NCBI GenBank assembly: GCA_050331235.1
Contig: JBHJHA010000009.1
Span: forward strand, 1-14,496
Length of the DNA stretch: 14,496 bases
Source of the DNA: Leptolyngbyaceae cyanobacterium
Lineage (GTDB): Bacteria > Cyanobacteriota > Cyanobacteriia > Phormidesmidales > Phormidesmidaceae
Reading direction: 5' to 3'
The translations under genes and the position numbers were made by a program. Positions 1 to 8,011 of the stretch are shown here, one piece after another. The notes beneath the pieces are model-generated. The model was not told where the DNA came from, did no database searches, and was given only the letters and a program-made list of their open reading frames with translations. The first letter of the stretch is position 1; every line of letters begins with the position of its first letter.

Positions 1-452
1 GCTTCGGCGAGCAAGCGACCCACATGGCGACCGCTGATACTCTCCACAATGCCTTGTTTGACCAGTTCATCGGCTAACTCGCGGGGCGTCCAATGACTCA
101 GAGGACGTCCATATTGCTCGGGCGGTGCACAAGCTAACGCATACAACTGGGTGATCTGCTCCAACGTAAACGTCGCGGGGGCACCGGGACGGGGGGCATC
201 GGCTAAGCGCTCCAACACTGGTAACTCAGAGGTCTGGAGTTCTTGCCAGCGCCGCCGCCAACAGCGACTCAACTGCTCCCCGATGCCCAAATCCCGCGCT
301 ATTTGACCTTGGCTGTCTCCCTCGCTGGCACGCAGAATAATCTTCGCTCGCAATGCCAGTTGTTGGGGGGTACTCGGTCGCTTCACCAACTGTTCTAGGT
401 CACGGCGCTCGGTTTCACTCACAATCAGGGCGGGAAGGGCGCGGCCAGGCAT
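1..452 (-). CDS. IS630-family transposase, N-terminal helix-turn-helix part (3' end outside the window)
   Basis: Manual translation from ATG at 452 stays open to the window edge: MPGRALPALIVSETERRDLEQLVKRPSTPQQLALRAKIILRASEGDSQGQIARDLGIGEQLSRCWRRRWQE...LADAPRPGAPATFTLEQITQLYALACAPPEQYGRPLSHWTPRELADELVKQGIVESISGRHVGRLLAE. The RAKIIL, WRRRW, DAPRPGAP and SHWT.RELA motifs are typical of IS630 HTH domains. It is missing from the ORF track because it is partial. Confidence 0.9.
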   Translation of the reverse strand, partial: MPGRALPALIVSETERRDLEQLVKRPSTPQQLALRAKIILRASEGDSQGQIARDLGIGEQLSRCWRRRWQELQTSELPVLERLADAPRPGAPATFTLEQITQLYALACAPPEQYGRPLSHWTPRELADELVKQGIVESISGRHVGRLLAE

Positions 453-513
453 CAGACTCAATCCTCTAACACCAACTCCTTGAGGATATGCGCATTTCCG
501 CCGCGCGGTACTA
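1..513 (-). mobile_element. Left end of an IS630-family insertion sequence
   Basis: Upstream of the transposase the minus strand reads CTAG-TACCGCGCGGCGGAAATG. The CTAG at 511-514 contains the TA target typical of IS630. Composition switches abruptly from GC-rich to AT-rich after 514. The other end is outside the window, so the terminal IR cannot be confirmed. Confidence 0.75.
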
Positions 514-639
514 GATAGAAAGTCTATAAAAAGTTTTACGGAAATTCGCTAACACAAACGTCAACTTGGCAAAGTAAGTTCGGGAAAAAATGGTGATATC
601 CCGTCTAAGCTATTCCATGACATCTTTACGCCAAATGAC

Positions 640-1473
640 ATGGATATTCAGTGGCAAGCTGCCAGAACCTACGAAGACATCCTTTACGAGAAAGCGGACG
701 GGATTGCCAAAATCACCCTCAACCGCCCCCACAAACGCAATGCTTTTCGTCCCAAAACAGTGGTTGAAATGTATGACGCGTTTGCAGATGCGCGCGAAGA
801 CACCTCGATTGGAGTGGTTTTGCTTACAGGGGCAGGTCCTCATACTGATGGCAAGTACGCATTTTGCGCTGGCGGTGATCAGAGTGTTCGTGGTCAAGGG
901 GGCTACATTGACGAGGGGGGAATGCCCCGCTTAAACGTCTTGGATTTGCAGCGCTTGATTCGCTCGATGCCCAAGGTGGTAATTGCCTTAGTCGCGGGCT
1001 ATGCCATCGGGGGCGGACATGTATTGCATATCGTTTGCGATCTCACTATTGCCGCTGACAATGCAATTTTTGGTCAGACTGGACCTAAGGTGGGCAGCTT
1101 TGACGGCGGATTTGGTGCAAGCTATCTAGCGCGAATTGTTGGGCAGAAAAAGGCGAGAGAAATCTGGTACCTATGCCGTCAATATTCTGCTCAGGAAGCC
1201 TTGGCAATGGGCTTGGTCAACACAGTTGTTCCCGTTGAGGCTTTAGAGGCTGAAGGCATTCAATGGGCCCAAGAAATTTTGGCTAAAAGCCCGATCGCAA
1301 TTCGCTGTTTGAAAGCGGCCTTCAACGCTGACTGTGATGGGCAAGCCGGGCTACAAGAGCTGGCAGGCAATGCAACCCTACTGTATTACATGACTGAAGA
1401 AGGAGCCGAAGGAAAACAAGCTTTCTTAGAAAAGCGATCGCCTGATTTTCAGAAGTATCCGTGGCTGCCATGA
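640..1473 (+). CDS. menB: 1,4-dihydroxy-2-naphthoyl-CoA synthase (naphthoate synthase; phylloquinone/menaquinone pathway)
   Basis: 277-aa crotonase-fold protein with MenB signatures [45 protein letters not shown] and [15 protein letters not shown]. Confidence 0.97.
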   Translation: MDIQWQAARTYEDILYEKADGIAKITLNRPHKRNAFRPKTVVEMYDAFADAREDTSIGVVLLTGAGPHTDGKYAFCAGGDQSVRGQGGYIDEGGMPRLNVLDLQRLIRSMPKVVIALVAGYAIGGGHVLHIVCDLTIAADNAIFGQTGPKVGSFDGGFGASYLARIVGQKKAREIWYLCRQYSAQEALAMGLVNTVVPVEALEAEGIQWAQEILAKSPIAIRCLKAAFNADCDGQAGLQELAGNATLLYYMTEEGAEGKQAFLEKRSPDFQKYPWLP

Positions 1474-1479
1474 GCCATG

Positions 1480-1508
1480 AAAAGAGGGGGACAAAGAGCC
1501 CCCCTCTT
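1480..1508. terminator. Intrinsic terminator hairpin between convergent menB and the small Cys-rich gene
   Basis: AAGAGGGGG (1482-1490) pairs with CCCCCTCTT (1500-1508) around a 9-nt loop. The minus-strand reading ends in TTTT; it may act in both directions. Confidence 0.7.
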
Positions 1509-1550
1509 GCATCTCACAAAGGTTTGTTAATAGCGGATAAGATTCAAATG

Positions 1551-1811
1551 CTAGACCCTCTCTTGTGCAAACTCCGATGCCAGGTGCTCCAGTCCAGCGT
1601 GGTTTAGCACAATTCCCTGAGGCCAAATTGCGACCTGAGGCTGCGTGATCACATCAATCGGTTCGGTGAAGACTGGGTCCGCTAATGGACAAGGGGCCCA
1701 ACTTCCCCGCACGGAGACATTTAACTGTCCACAGTGTCCTCCTCGCCGGCCTGCCAAAGTAAAATAGCGGCAGCGCTGACAGCAAGAAACTTCCAACTGA
1801 GTGGCATCCAT
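1551..1811 (-). CDS. Small Cys-rich hypothetical protein, probably metal-binding
   Basis: 86-aa ORF with CCQRCRYF..GRRGGHC..L.V.VRGSW..C, resembling a cyanobacterial hypothetical family I recall. It has a hairpin downstream and an AT-rich upstream region. Confidence 0.75.
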   Translation of the reverse strand: MDATQLEVSCCQRCRYFTLAGRRGGHCGQLNVSVRGSWAPCPLADPVFTEPIDVITQPQVAIWPQGIVLNHAGLEHLASEFAQERV

Positions 1812-2229
1812 TTGAAACTATCCAACAACTTATCAGTGATCATTCTCGCCAAGCTTTTAACCTTCCTTTCGGAGATAAAAAATTAGCGAAGCCAGTGTTA
1901 TCAGCGATTCCAAGACTTCCCAATGCCTTGCTTGAATTTAGATTCTCTTCATCTTTACTTAAAGAATCTATAGTTGCGTCAATCAGAGGAAAAGCCACTC
2001 CTTATTGCCTAAAGATGCTTTGGGATCGAATCCAAGTAAAATCTTAAATATTTTAGAAGTCTCGTGGATCTGTGCTTTTGAGTGTTGTTGACCTTCTTGT
2101 AGGAGCAGGAAATCAAAGAAAGTTACAAACATCAAAATGTACAGAGATGGGATTTTTGCCTCGACAATTTCACTGAACTTGCCTGCTCAAAACTATGGAC
2201 TGGAACTGATTGTTCGTGACGTCACCGAT

Positions 2230-2802
2230 CTAAAGCTGCCGGTTTTGGTTCTGCGGCGTATGCCACTGCTGAGCAATGCAAATAGAACACATGTGCCAGC
2301 GGTGGATTTCTTGAGAAGGGCAAGGACTTTGACAATGGGGACATTGGCTCTGCTGTGCCAGTTGTGATCGTGCCTGTTGCTCCCAGTGAGCAAAAGCCGC
2401 CGCCACTGTTTTTGTCGTTCCAACGCCTGACTTGTGAGTCGCTGGAGTCCAACTGGGGTGCTGGCTCAGCGAGGGAGGGGAGGATGGCGCTGCGGTCTGG
2501 CTTAGGCGCTGCCACTCAGCCGTTGAAAAGCGTAGATCACGTACGGTGGCTTGAGTTGTCGGTAAGGCTTGATGCAGCTTATGTAAAATACGCGATCGCT
2601 CGAACATGAGGTTTTGCGACCAAGAGGCACTGGAAACTGTGACTTGTAAAGCATGCCGATGAATTTTCGTGGGCTGGCTATGCTGAGCCACTGCAGGGCC
2701 TACCAACTGCGGCCATGCGGCCAAGATTTGCCGCAGTTGGGCAGTCCCTCGCCACTGAGGAGAACTCTCTAAGTTGCTCATCAGAATTTGGATGGACTGC
2801 AT
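2230..2802 (-). CDS. DUF721 / DciA-family protein with a C-terminal Zn-ribbon-like motif
   Basis: W..LVG.AVA.HSQP..I....LQVTVSSASWSQNL.F.R..IL.KL is the DUF721 core. The C-terminus carries CPHC-x14-CSIC. Confidence 0.85.
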   Translation of the reverse strand: MQSIQILMSNLESSPQWRGTAQLRQILAAWPQLVGPAVAQHSQPTKIHRHALQVTVSSASWSQNLMFERSRILHKLHQALPTTQATVRDLRFSTAEWQRLSQTAAPSSPPSLSQHPSWTPATHKSGVGTTKTVAAAFAHWEQQARSQLAQQSQCPHCQSPCPSQEIHRWHMCSICIAQQWHTPQNQNRQL

Positions 2803-3106
2803 TTATCTCACCTTGGCCTACGGCCATCATCCTAATACTTAAATCTTTGCCAGGAGCATGGGTTCTCCCGAAAACCGCCACTAGTAGAGGGCAGTGAAGC
2901 GTGTGCGGCTCTAAATATAGGTGTTTTCCATCCTCATCGGCAAAAGTTTTCTCGATAGTCTGCTCTTTTTTAGGCAGACGTTGCTATAACTAAATGCGAG
3001 TTATGGCTGGTGTCGATGGTCTGTTCGAGCCAGCTCGGACATTAGCAATGTTGCCTGATTGCTCCATTCGTTTGGTTGATATGTTCCGTTTTTGTAAGAC
3101 GAGCCC

Positions 3107-4432
3107 ATGACATCTTCTGCAGCTTCCCAGTCCTCTTCCGATGCTACCCACTATGGACAACAGGTCCTGGTGGATGGCATGCAGCCTGTGTTGCGCAGTA
3201 CGCTATCAAGCCTCAATGTCAATCTTGATTATGAGTTGGCTCGGTACCGTTATGCCAAGCGCGGTGAAGCGCCGGCAGGCGTAACGCCACCAACTTTTCA
3301 GCCCAAGCGGCGATCGCTCGATTTATTTACGGCACCGCCGAGCCAAAAAACACCGACTCCCCATCAGGGCCGCGCTGGTGTGGTGCCCCCACCGCCGCCG
3401 CCTAATCCGCGGCTACAGCATCCCACCACTGATGCCGTTGATTCTCCGTCGGCAGTGGCCGCTCTCAGAAGTGCGATCGTGCGACAGCCAGAACCGCCCC
3501 AGGCGAGCTACCTTGCCTCTTCTGAAGCTCTCTTGCAAGGGCTGGAAACGCCGCTGCCCGCCCATGGCAACGACCCCATTGCTCGTCCTGACACGCGCAG
3601 TTGGACCGCTGCGCTCACGACACCTTTAGGGCTAGGGGCTCTCATGTTACTCCTGGTCGCCAGTGCTGGTTTTGGGTTTGTATTGGTCAATCCGTCGGTT
3701 GCCGGTAATTTGTTTCAATACACCCCTCTGGCTAGATTTTTTCAGCCAGATTTAGAGGCCGAAGAGGCCGTTGAGACTTTGGTAGAGGATGGCGATACCG
3801 ATATCACGGCGGAGTTTTCAGACCCTCCCCTGACCTCATTGAGCCCCGATCTATCCCGCCGGGAATTTGCTGATTTGGACCTCAACACGCTGAGCAATTT
3901 GCCGTCTAGCTCAACTGCTGATTTGGCGGGTGACACTGTCCTGGAAGAGGAGGATGCCCAGGCCAATACTCGCGATCGCTCCGAACGTGAACGCGGTCAA
4001 TCATCAAATTTAGCTGAGACTAACTCGCCTCAGCGCGTCAATCAGATCCCTCAAACGACTACCCCAGCGCCGCAACCGGCGGCGCCGATCTATCAGCCAC
4101 CAGCGACGGCTCCCATTCAGCCGGCGCCTACCGCCGCTCAACCGTCACCACCAGTCAACCAACCCTCCGAGGTGACTTCCCAACCTGCACCTCCAGAGGT
4201 TCCTATCGCGTCTAGTTCAGCGCCTGCGAGTTCTTACTATGTGGTGACCGATTACACCGGTGATCCGTCCTTAGATGAGGCGCGAACTGTGGTGAGAGAT
4301 GCCTATGTTCGCAACTTTGATATGGGGGCGCGGATTCAAATGGGAGCATTCAATACCTCAGAAGGTGCAGCGGCATTGGCTGAGGAATTGTCTAGTCAGG
4401 GCATTGATGCAGAAATCTATGAACCTGAGTGA
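3107..4432 (+). CDS. Single-pass membrane protein with a C-terminal SPOR (peptidoglycan-binding) domain
   Basis: Pro-rich N-terminal region, one hydrophobic helix (LGLGALMLLLVASAGFGFVLV), an acidic and Pro/Gln-rich linker, and a C-terminal SPOR-like DAYVRNF...RIQMGAFNTSEGAAALAEELSSQGIDAEI. Confidence 0.8.
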   Translation: MTSSAASQSSSDATHYGQQVLVDGMQPVLRSTLSSLNVNLDYELARYRYAKRGEAPAGVTPPTFQPKRRSLDLFTAPPSQKTPTPHQGRAGVVPPPPPPNPRLQHPTTDAVDSPSAVAALRSAIVRQPEPPQASYLASSEALLQGLETPLPAHGNDPIARPDTRSWTAALTTPLGLGALMLLLVASAGFGFVLVNPSVAGNLFQYTPLARFFQPDLEAEEAVETLVEDGDTDITAEFSDPPLTSLSPDLSRREFADLDLNTLSNLPSSSTADLAGDTVLEEEDAQANTRDRSERERGQSSNLAETNSPQRVNQIPQTTTPAPQPAAPIYQPPATAPIQPAPTAAQPSPPVNQPSEVTSQPAPPEVPIASSSAPASSYYVVTDYTGDPSLDEARTVVRDAYVRNFDMGARIQMGAFNTSEGAAALAEELSSQGIDAEIYEPE

Positions 4433-4580
4433 CCTGGCTTCGAGGGTGGCTGATTTGATGGCGGGCGCAAGCGTCTCCCCCCGCTACCTCGCGGCGAACT
4501 ACAGCTACAGCGATTTTGGTGATGTTCCCGTTCTAGGCTATTCAATCTTCAAACTGTCAGATACTATAGATAAGCATCTT

Positions 4581-4663
4581 GCGGATGTGGCGGAATTGGT
4601 AGACGCGCTAGATTTAGGTTCTAGTGTCCTCGTGACGTGAAGGTTCAAGTCCTTTCATCCGCA
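4581..4663 (+). tRNA. trnL: tRNA-Leu(UAG)
   Basis: Acceptor stem GCGGATG/CATCCGC plus discriminator A; D-loop with TTGGTAGAC; anticodon arm CTAGA-TTTAGGT-TCTAG (TAG at 4615-4617); long variable arm; T-arm GAAGG-TTCAAGT-CCTTT. CCA is not encoded. A -10-like TACTAT lies at 4562-4567. Confidence 0.97.
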
Positions 4664-4793
4664 TTTGAATGTATGAGTTTTGAGAGCTGAGGTCGTTGTG
4701 GCTGTTAATTAGGCTATTGCCTGACTTAGGGCGCTGACACAGTGTGAGGACATTCACTGGTAGGATCATCCACAGCCAATAATAAGTACCATT

Positions 4794-5438
4794 ATGCTGA
4801 CGATCGCCCTACCTAAGGGAGCCCTGCTGACTGAAAGTATCGCCCGTTTCCAGGCGATCGGGTTGGATTTTAGTGCTTTTTTAGACAAGTCCAATCGCCA
4901 ATTGCAGATTACGACCCCCAACGGCAAAGCCCGTGGGTTGCTGGTCAGGGCTCAGGATGTGCCAGTGTATGTGGAATATGGGCAGGCCCAGCTCGGCATC
5001 GTGGGCTACGATGTGTTACGCGAAAAGCAGGCAGAGGTAGCCCAGCTAGCGGATTTAGGCTTTGGACATTGTCGGATGTCAGTGGCTGTCAAGGCCGAAA
5101 GCGCCTACCGTTCGGCCTTGGATTTGCCAGCACACTGTCGTGTCGCTTCAAAATTTGTGAACTGCGCCCGGGAATACTTCCTCGGTCTTGATTTGCCGGT
5201 GGATATTGTGCCTTTGTACGGCTCGGTAGAATTGGGACCAATCACGGGCATGTCAGAAGCTATTGTTGATTTGGTATCCACCGGTCGGACCCTCCGTGAG
5301 AATGATCTGGTAGAGCTGGAAGTCTTGTACGAAAGCACTGCTCGTCTAGTAGCGCATCCGATCAGCTATCGGGTCAATCCTGATGGGTTGTCAGACATCA
5401 TTAAAGCGCTACGTGACATGAGTCTCACTCCGGTTTAG
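4794..5438 (+). CDS. hisG: ATP phosphoribosyltransferase, short form (HisZ-dependent)
   Basis: 214 aa with [34 protein letters not shown] and [30 protein letters not shown]. It lacks the C-terminal regulatory domain. Confidence 0.97.
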   Translation: MLTIALPKGALLTESIARFQAIGLDFSAFLDKSNRQLQITTPNGKARGLLVRAQDVPVYVEYGQAQLGIVGYDVLREKQAEVAQLADLGFGHCRMSVAVKAESAYRSALDLPAHCRVASKFVNCAREYFLGLDLPVDIVPLYGSVELGPITGMSEAIVDLVSTGRTLRENDLVELEVLYESTARLVAHPISYRVNPDGLSDIIKALRDMSLTPV

Positions 5439-5528
5439 CGCCTTCACTATGGAGGGGAACCTGACCAAAGCGTTACCTGAGATACAGTAAAGGTGGACTT
5501 GCTTCCAAATTTAGCTAACAACTCGTTT

Positions 5529-5547
5529 CCGCATCAGATGCGGTTTT
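5529..5547 (+). terminator. Probable intrinsic terminator after hisG
   Basis: Inverted repeat CCGCATC-A-GATGCGG (5529-5543) followed by TTTT. Confidence 0.55.
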
Positions 5548-5700
5548 GCTCAAAGGCGAGAGCTGCCTCTGCTCTCTAGAGAGCTTCTATGCGAAATTTG
5601 GCCCTATGGGCATCCCTGACTTGATCTGTGAAGTGAGATGCCGGCGGATTGTTAGACAAGATGCGGATGTCCGACAGCAGCGATCGCTTAGCTTGACTAT

Positions 5701-7629
5701 ATGACTTCAGCGACTGATTCCAAGACTTCCGGCAATACTGAAACGGCCAAAAGCCAGAGTAATAGTGACTGGCGCCTGTTTTTGCGCCTATGGCCCTATA
5801 TCCGAGCGCAAAGAAAGTTTTTGTGGTTGCCGTTCATTTTGCTGGTGCCCCTATCATTGGCCAATGCGCTCCAGCCGATTTTGATTGGGCAGGCGATTTC
5901 GCTGATTCGGCAAGAACCGGTGGCCTGGTTTTTACGCGATCGCACTCTGCAAGGCGGACTCAATATCTTAGTGGGGTTCTTGCTGGTGACCGTTGCGGTG
6001 CGGTTGACTTTAGATGGTTGGCAGAGTTTCCTCGTGCAAAGGGTCGGTCAGCGCATCACAGCCAACATTCGCAATGACCTGTTTCGTCATGTCACAGCCC
6101 TAGCCGTACGGTTTTTCGACCGTACCCCTGTCGGCAAACTGATTACTCGCCTGACAAGCGACGTCGATGCCCTGGGGGATGTATTTTCTACTGGGGCCGT
6201 AGGTATCTTTAGCGATATTTTTTCCATCGGTGTGATTGCCGTCACGATGTTTTTGCTGCAGTGGCAGTTAGCCCTCATGCTGATGGCGATGTTGATTCCC
6301 GTAACCTGGCTGATTATTTACTTTCAGCAGCAGTATCGCAAGGCTAACTATCGAGCCCGTGAAAAGCTGTCTGAGTTGAATGCTGCCCTGCAAGAGAACA
6401 TTATGGGCATCGAAGTCGTCCAAATGTTTCGTCGCGAACGGTTCAACAGCGACGTTTTCCGCAAGACTAATCAGCAGTACGTGCGTGCTATCGACAAAAC
6501 GATTTTTCATGATTCTGCGGTTTCCGCCACCCTGGAGTGGATTGCGTTAGTGGCGATCGCCGGAGTGCTCTGGCTCGGGGGCTATCTGGTCATGCAAGAG
6601 TCCTTAACTTTTGGGGCGTTAGCGTCATTCATTCTCTTTGCCCAACGCTTGTTTGATCCCCTGCGGCAGTTTGCGGACAAATTCACTTCCATTCAGGCAG
6701 GGTTCACGGCGGTCGAACGGATTACCGATCTCTTTAGCGTGCCCATCGAAATTCAAGATCCTGGACGCTTGACGATCGCGTCATCTAAGCCCGTGGAGAC
6801 AGCGGCACCGAGTCCGTTGTTCAACGGTTCGGGGCATGCTCCAGTTGCGGCGGCGATCGCCGCTCAAAACGCAACAACCCATGATTTGGAGTCTGTTGAG
6901 CCTTCTGAGATTTGTTTTGACCATGTTCTGTTTGGCTATAAAGTTGATGAATACGTCCTCAAGGATCTCAACTTCAAGATTCTGCCTGGAGAAAAAGTTG
7001 CGCTCGTGGGGCCGACTGGAGCCGGGAAGAGCTCAATCATTCGACTCCTCTGCCGCTTATATGATGTCAGCCAGGGAGAAATTCGTTTAGATGGCACCAA
7101 TATTCGCGACCTGCCCCAGGCCGAGCTCAGACGCCGGATGGCAGTGATTTTACAGGATGGTTTCCTCTTTGCTGGCGACGTCAAAAGCAACATCACCCTG
7201 GGAGAAAGCTATCCGCTGGCAGCAGTCAAGGAAGCCGCCGAAAGAACTAATGTGGCTCAGTTTATCGAGCAATTGCCCCAAGGGTACGACACTCAGCTGC
7301 GGGAGCGAGGGACCAATCTCTCGGGAGGACAAAAGCAACTCCTCGCCTTTGCGCGAGCGGCTATCCGCAACCCGAGCATTCTCATCTTGGATGAGGCGAC
7401 GGCCAATCTAGATGTGGGCACCGAGGCCCTGATCCAGGATGCCCTTGAAAAGCTCCTCCAAGGTCGAACTGCCATCATCATTGCCCACCGGCTATCAACG
7501 ATTCGCCATGTGGATCGTATCCTCGTCCTTAAGCAAGGGCAGTTGGTGGAGCAGGGCAACCACGAATCACTACTGGCCGAAGATGGCCTTTACGCCAGCC
7601 TTTACAAGCTACAAATGCTGGAAACTTAG
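5701..7629 (+). CDS. ABC exporter with fused permease and ATPase (MsbA/MdlB-like)
   Basis: N-terminal TM domain with FFDRTPVGKLITRLTSD; Walker A GPTGAGKS; signature LSGGQ; Walker B ILILDEAT; H-loop IAHRLST. Confidence 0.95.
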   Translation: MTSATDSKTSGNTETAKSQSNSDWRLFLRLWPYIRAQRKFLWLPFILLVPLSLANALQPILIGQAISLIRQEPVAWFLRDRTLQGGLNILVGFLLVTVAVRLTLDGWQSFLVQRVGQRITANIRNDLFRHVTALAVRFFDRTPVGKLITRLTSDVDALGDVFSTGAVGIFSDIFSIGVIAVTMFLLQWQLALMLMAMLIPVTWLIIYFQQQYRKANYRAREKLSELNAALQENIMGIEVVQMFRRERFNSDVFRKTNQQYVRAIDKTIFHDSAVSATLEWIALVAIAGVLWLGGYLVMQESLTFGALASFILFAQRLFDPLRQFADKFTSIQAGFTAVERITDLFSVPIEIQDPGRLTIASSKPVETAAPSPLFNGSGHAPVAAAIAAQNATTHDLESVEPSEICFDHVLFGYKVDEYVLKDLNFKILPGEKVALVGPTGAGKSSIIRLLCRLYDVSQGEIRLDGTNIRDLPQAELRRRMAVILQDGFLFAGDVKSNITLGESYPLAAVKEAAERTNVAQFIEQLPQGYDTQLRERGTNLSGGQKQLLAFARAAIRNPSILILDEATANLDVGTEALIQDALEKLLQGRTAIIIAHRLSTIRHVDRILVLKQGQLVEQGNHESLLAEDGLYASLYKLQMLET

Positions 7630-8011
7630 GGTTGTAGCACCATGGAACGCTAGGTCATGGGGCTTCAGGTGCTTGGCTTGGTGCCAGGCTTTTGATGTAA
7701 CCGATGTCAGCTTCATTAAAGCTTTATGAGTGGCTCCGAATCTTCAAGCAAATGCCAATTTCTCCACCCAAGCTGGCCAGCATTTAGAGAATATACTCTT
7801 GACAGGAAATACCCTGCACCCAACCGTCATCGAGCTCCGGTGAGAGAGTGCATCAGCGCCTAAAACACGGCCTATCTCTCGGGCGGATTTTGGTTGCTAC
7901 CCATTGCCTAATTTGCATGATGCCTGTCCCGAGACTTATCGCTGCCAAAGGTGAGATCTTGATTGGACAGCTTTGCCTGACCTGGCTTGGGGATAGACCC
8001 TGCAACGTCGG

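Noticed and set aside
1906..1920. 15-mer GATTCCAAGACTTCC repeated at 5716-5730, near the start of the ABC gene
   Set aside because: One exact 15-mer repeat in 14.5 kb has roughly a 1-in-10 chance expectation. There is no associated element or further copy.
4060..4230. Repetitive CCAGCG/CCGGCG-like sequence in the SPOR gene
   Set aside because: It is explained by a Pro/Ala/Gln-rich linker. There are no regular repeat-spacer units, so it is not a CRISPR or tandem array.
4299..4640. 113-aa ORF overlapping the SPOR gene end and the tRNA
   Set aside because: It runs through a bona fide tRNA gene, so it is a shadow ORF.
4581..4793. tRNA-Leu as an integration site for an island
   Set aside because: No integrase and no duplicated tRNA 3' end are present, and housekeeping hisG follows directly.
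5571..5584. Perfect 14-bp palindrome GCTCTCTAGAGAGC upstream of the ABC gene
   Set aside because: It is a single low-complexity occurrence with no regulator nearby, so no function can be supported.
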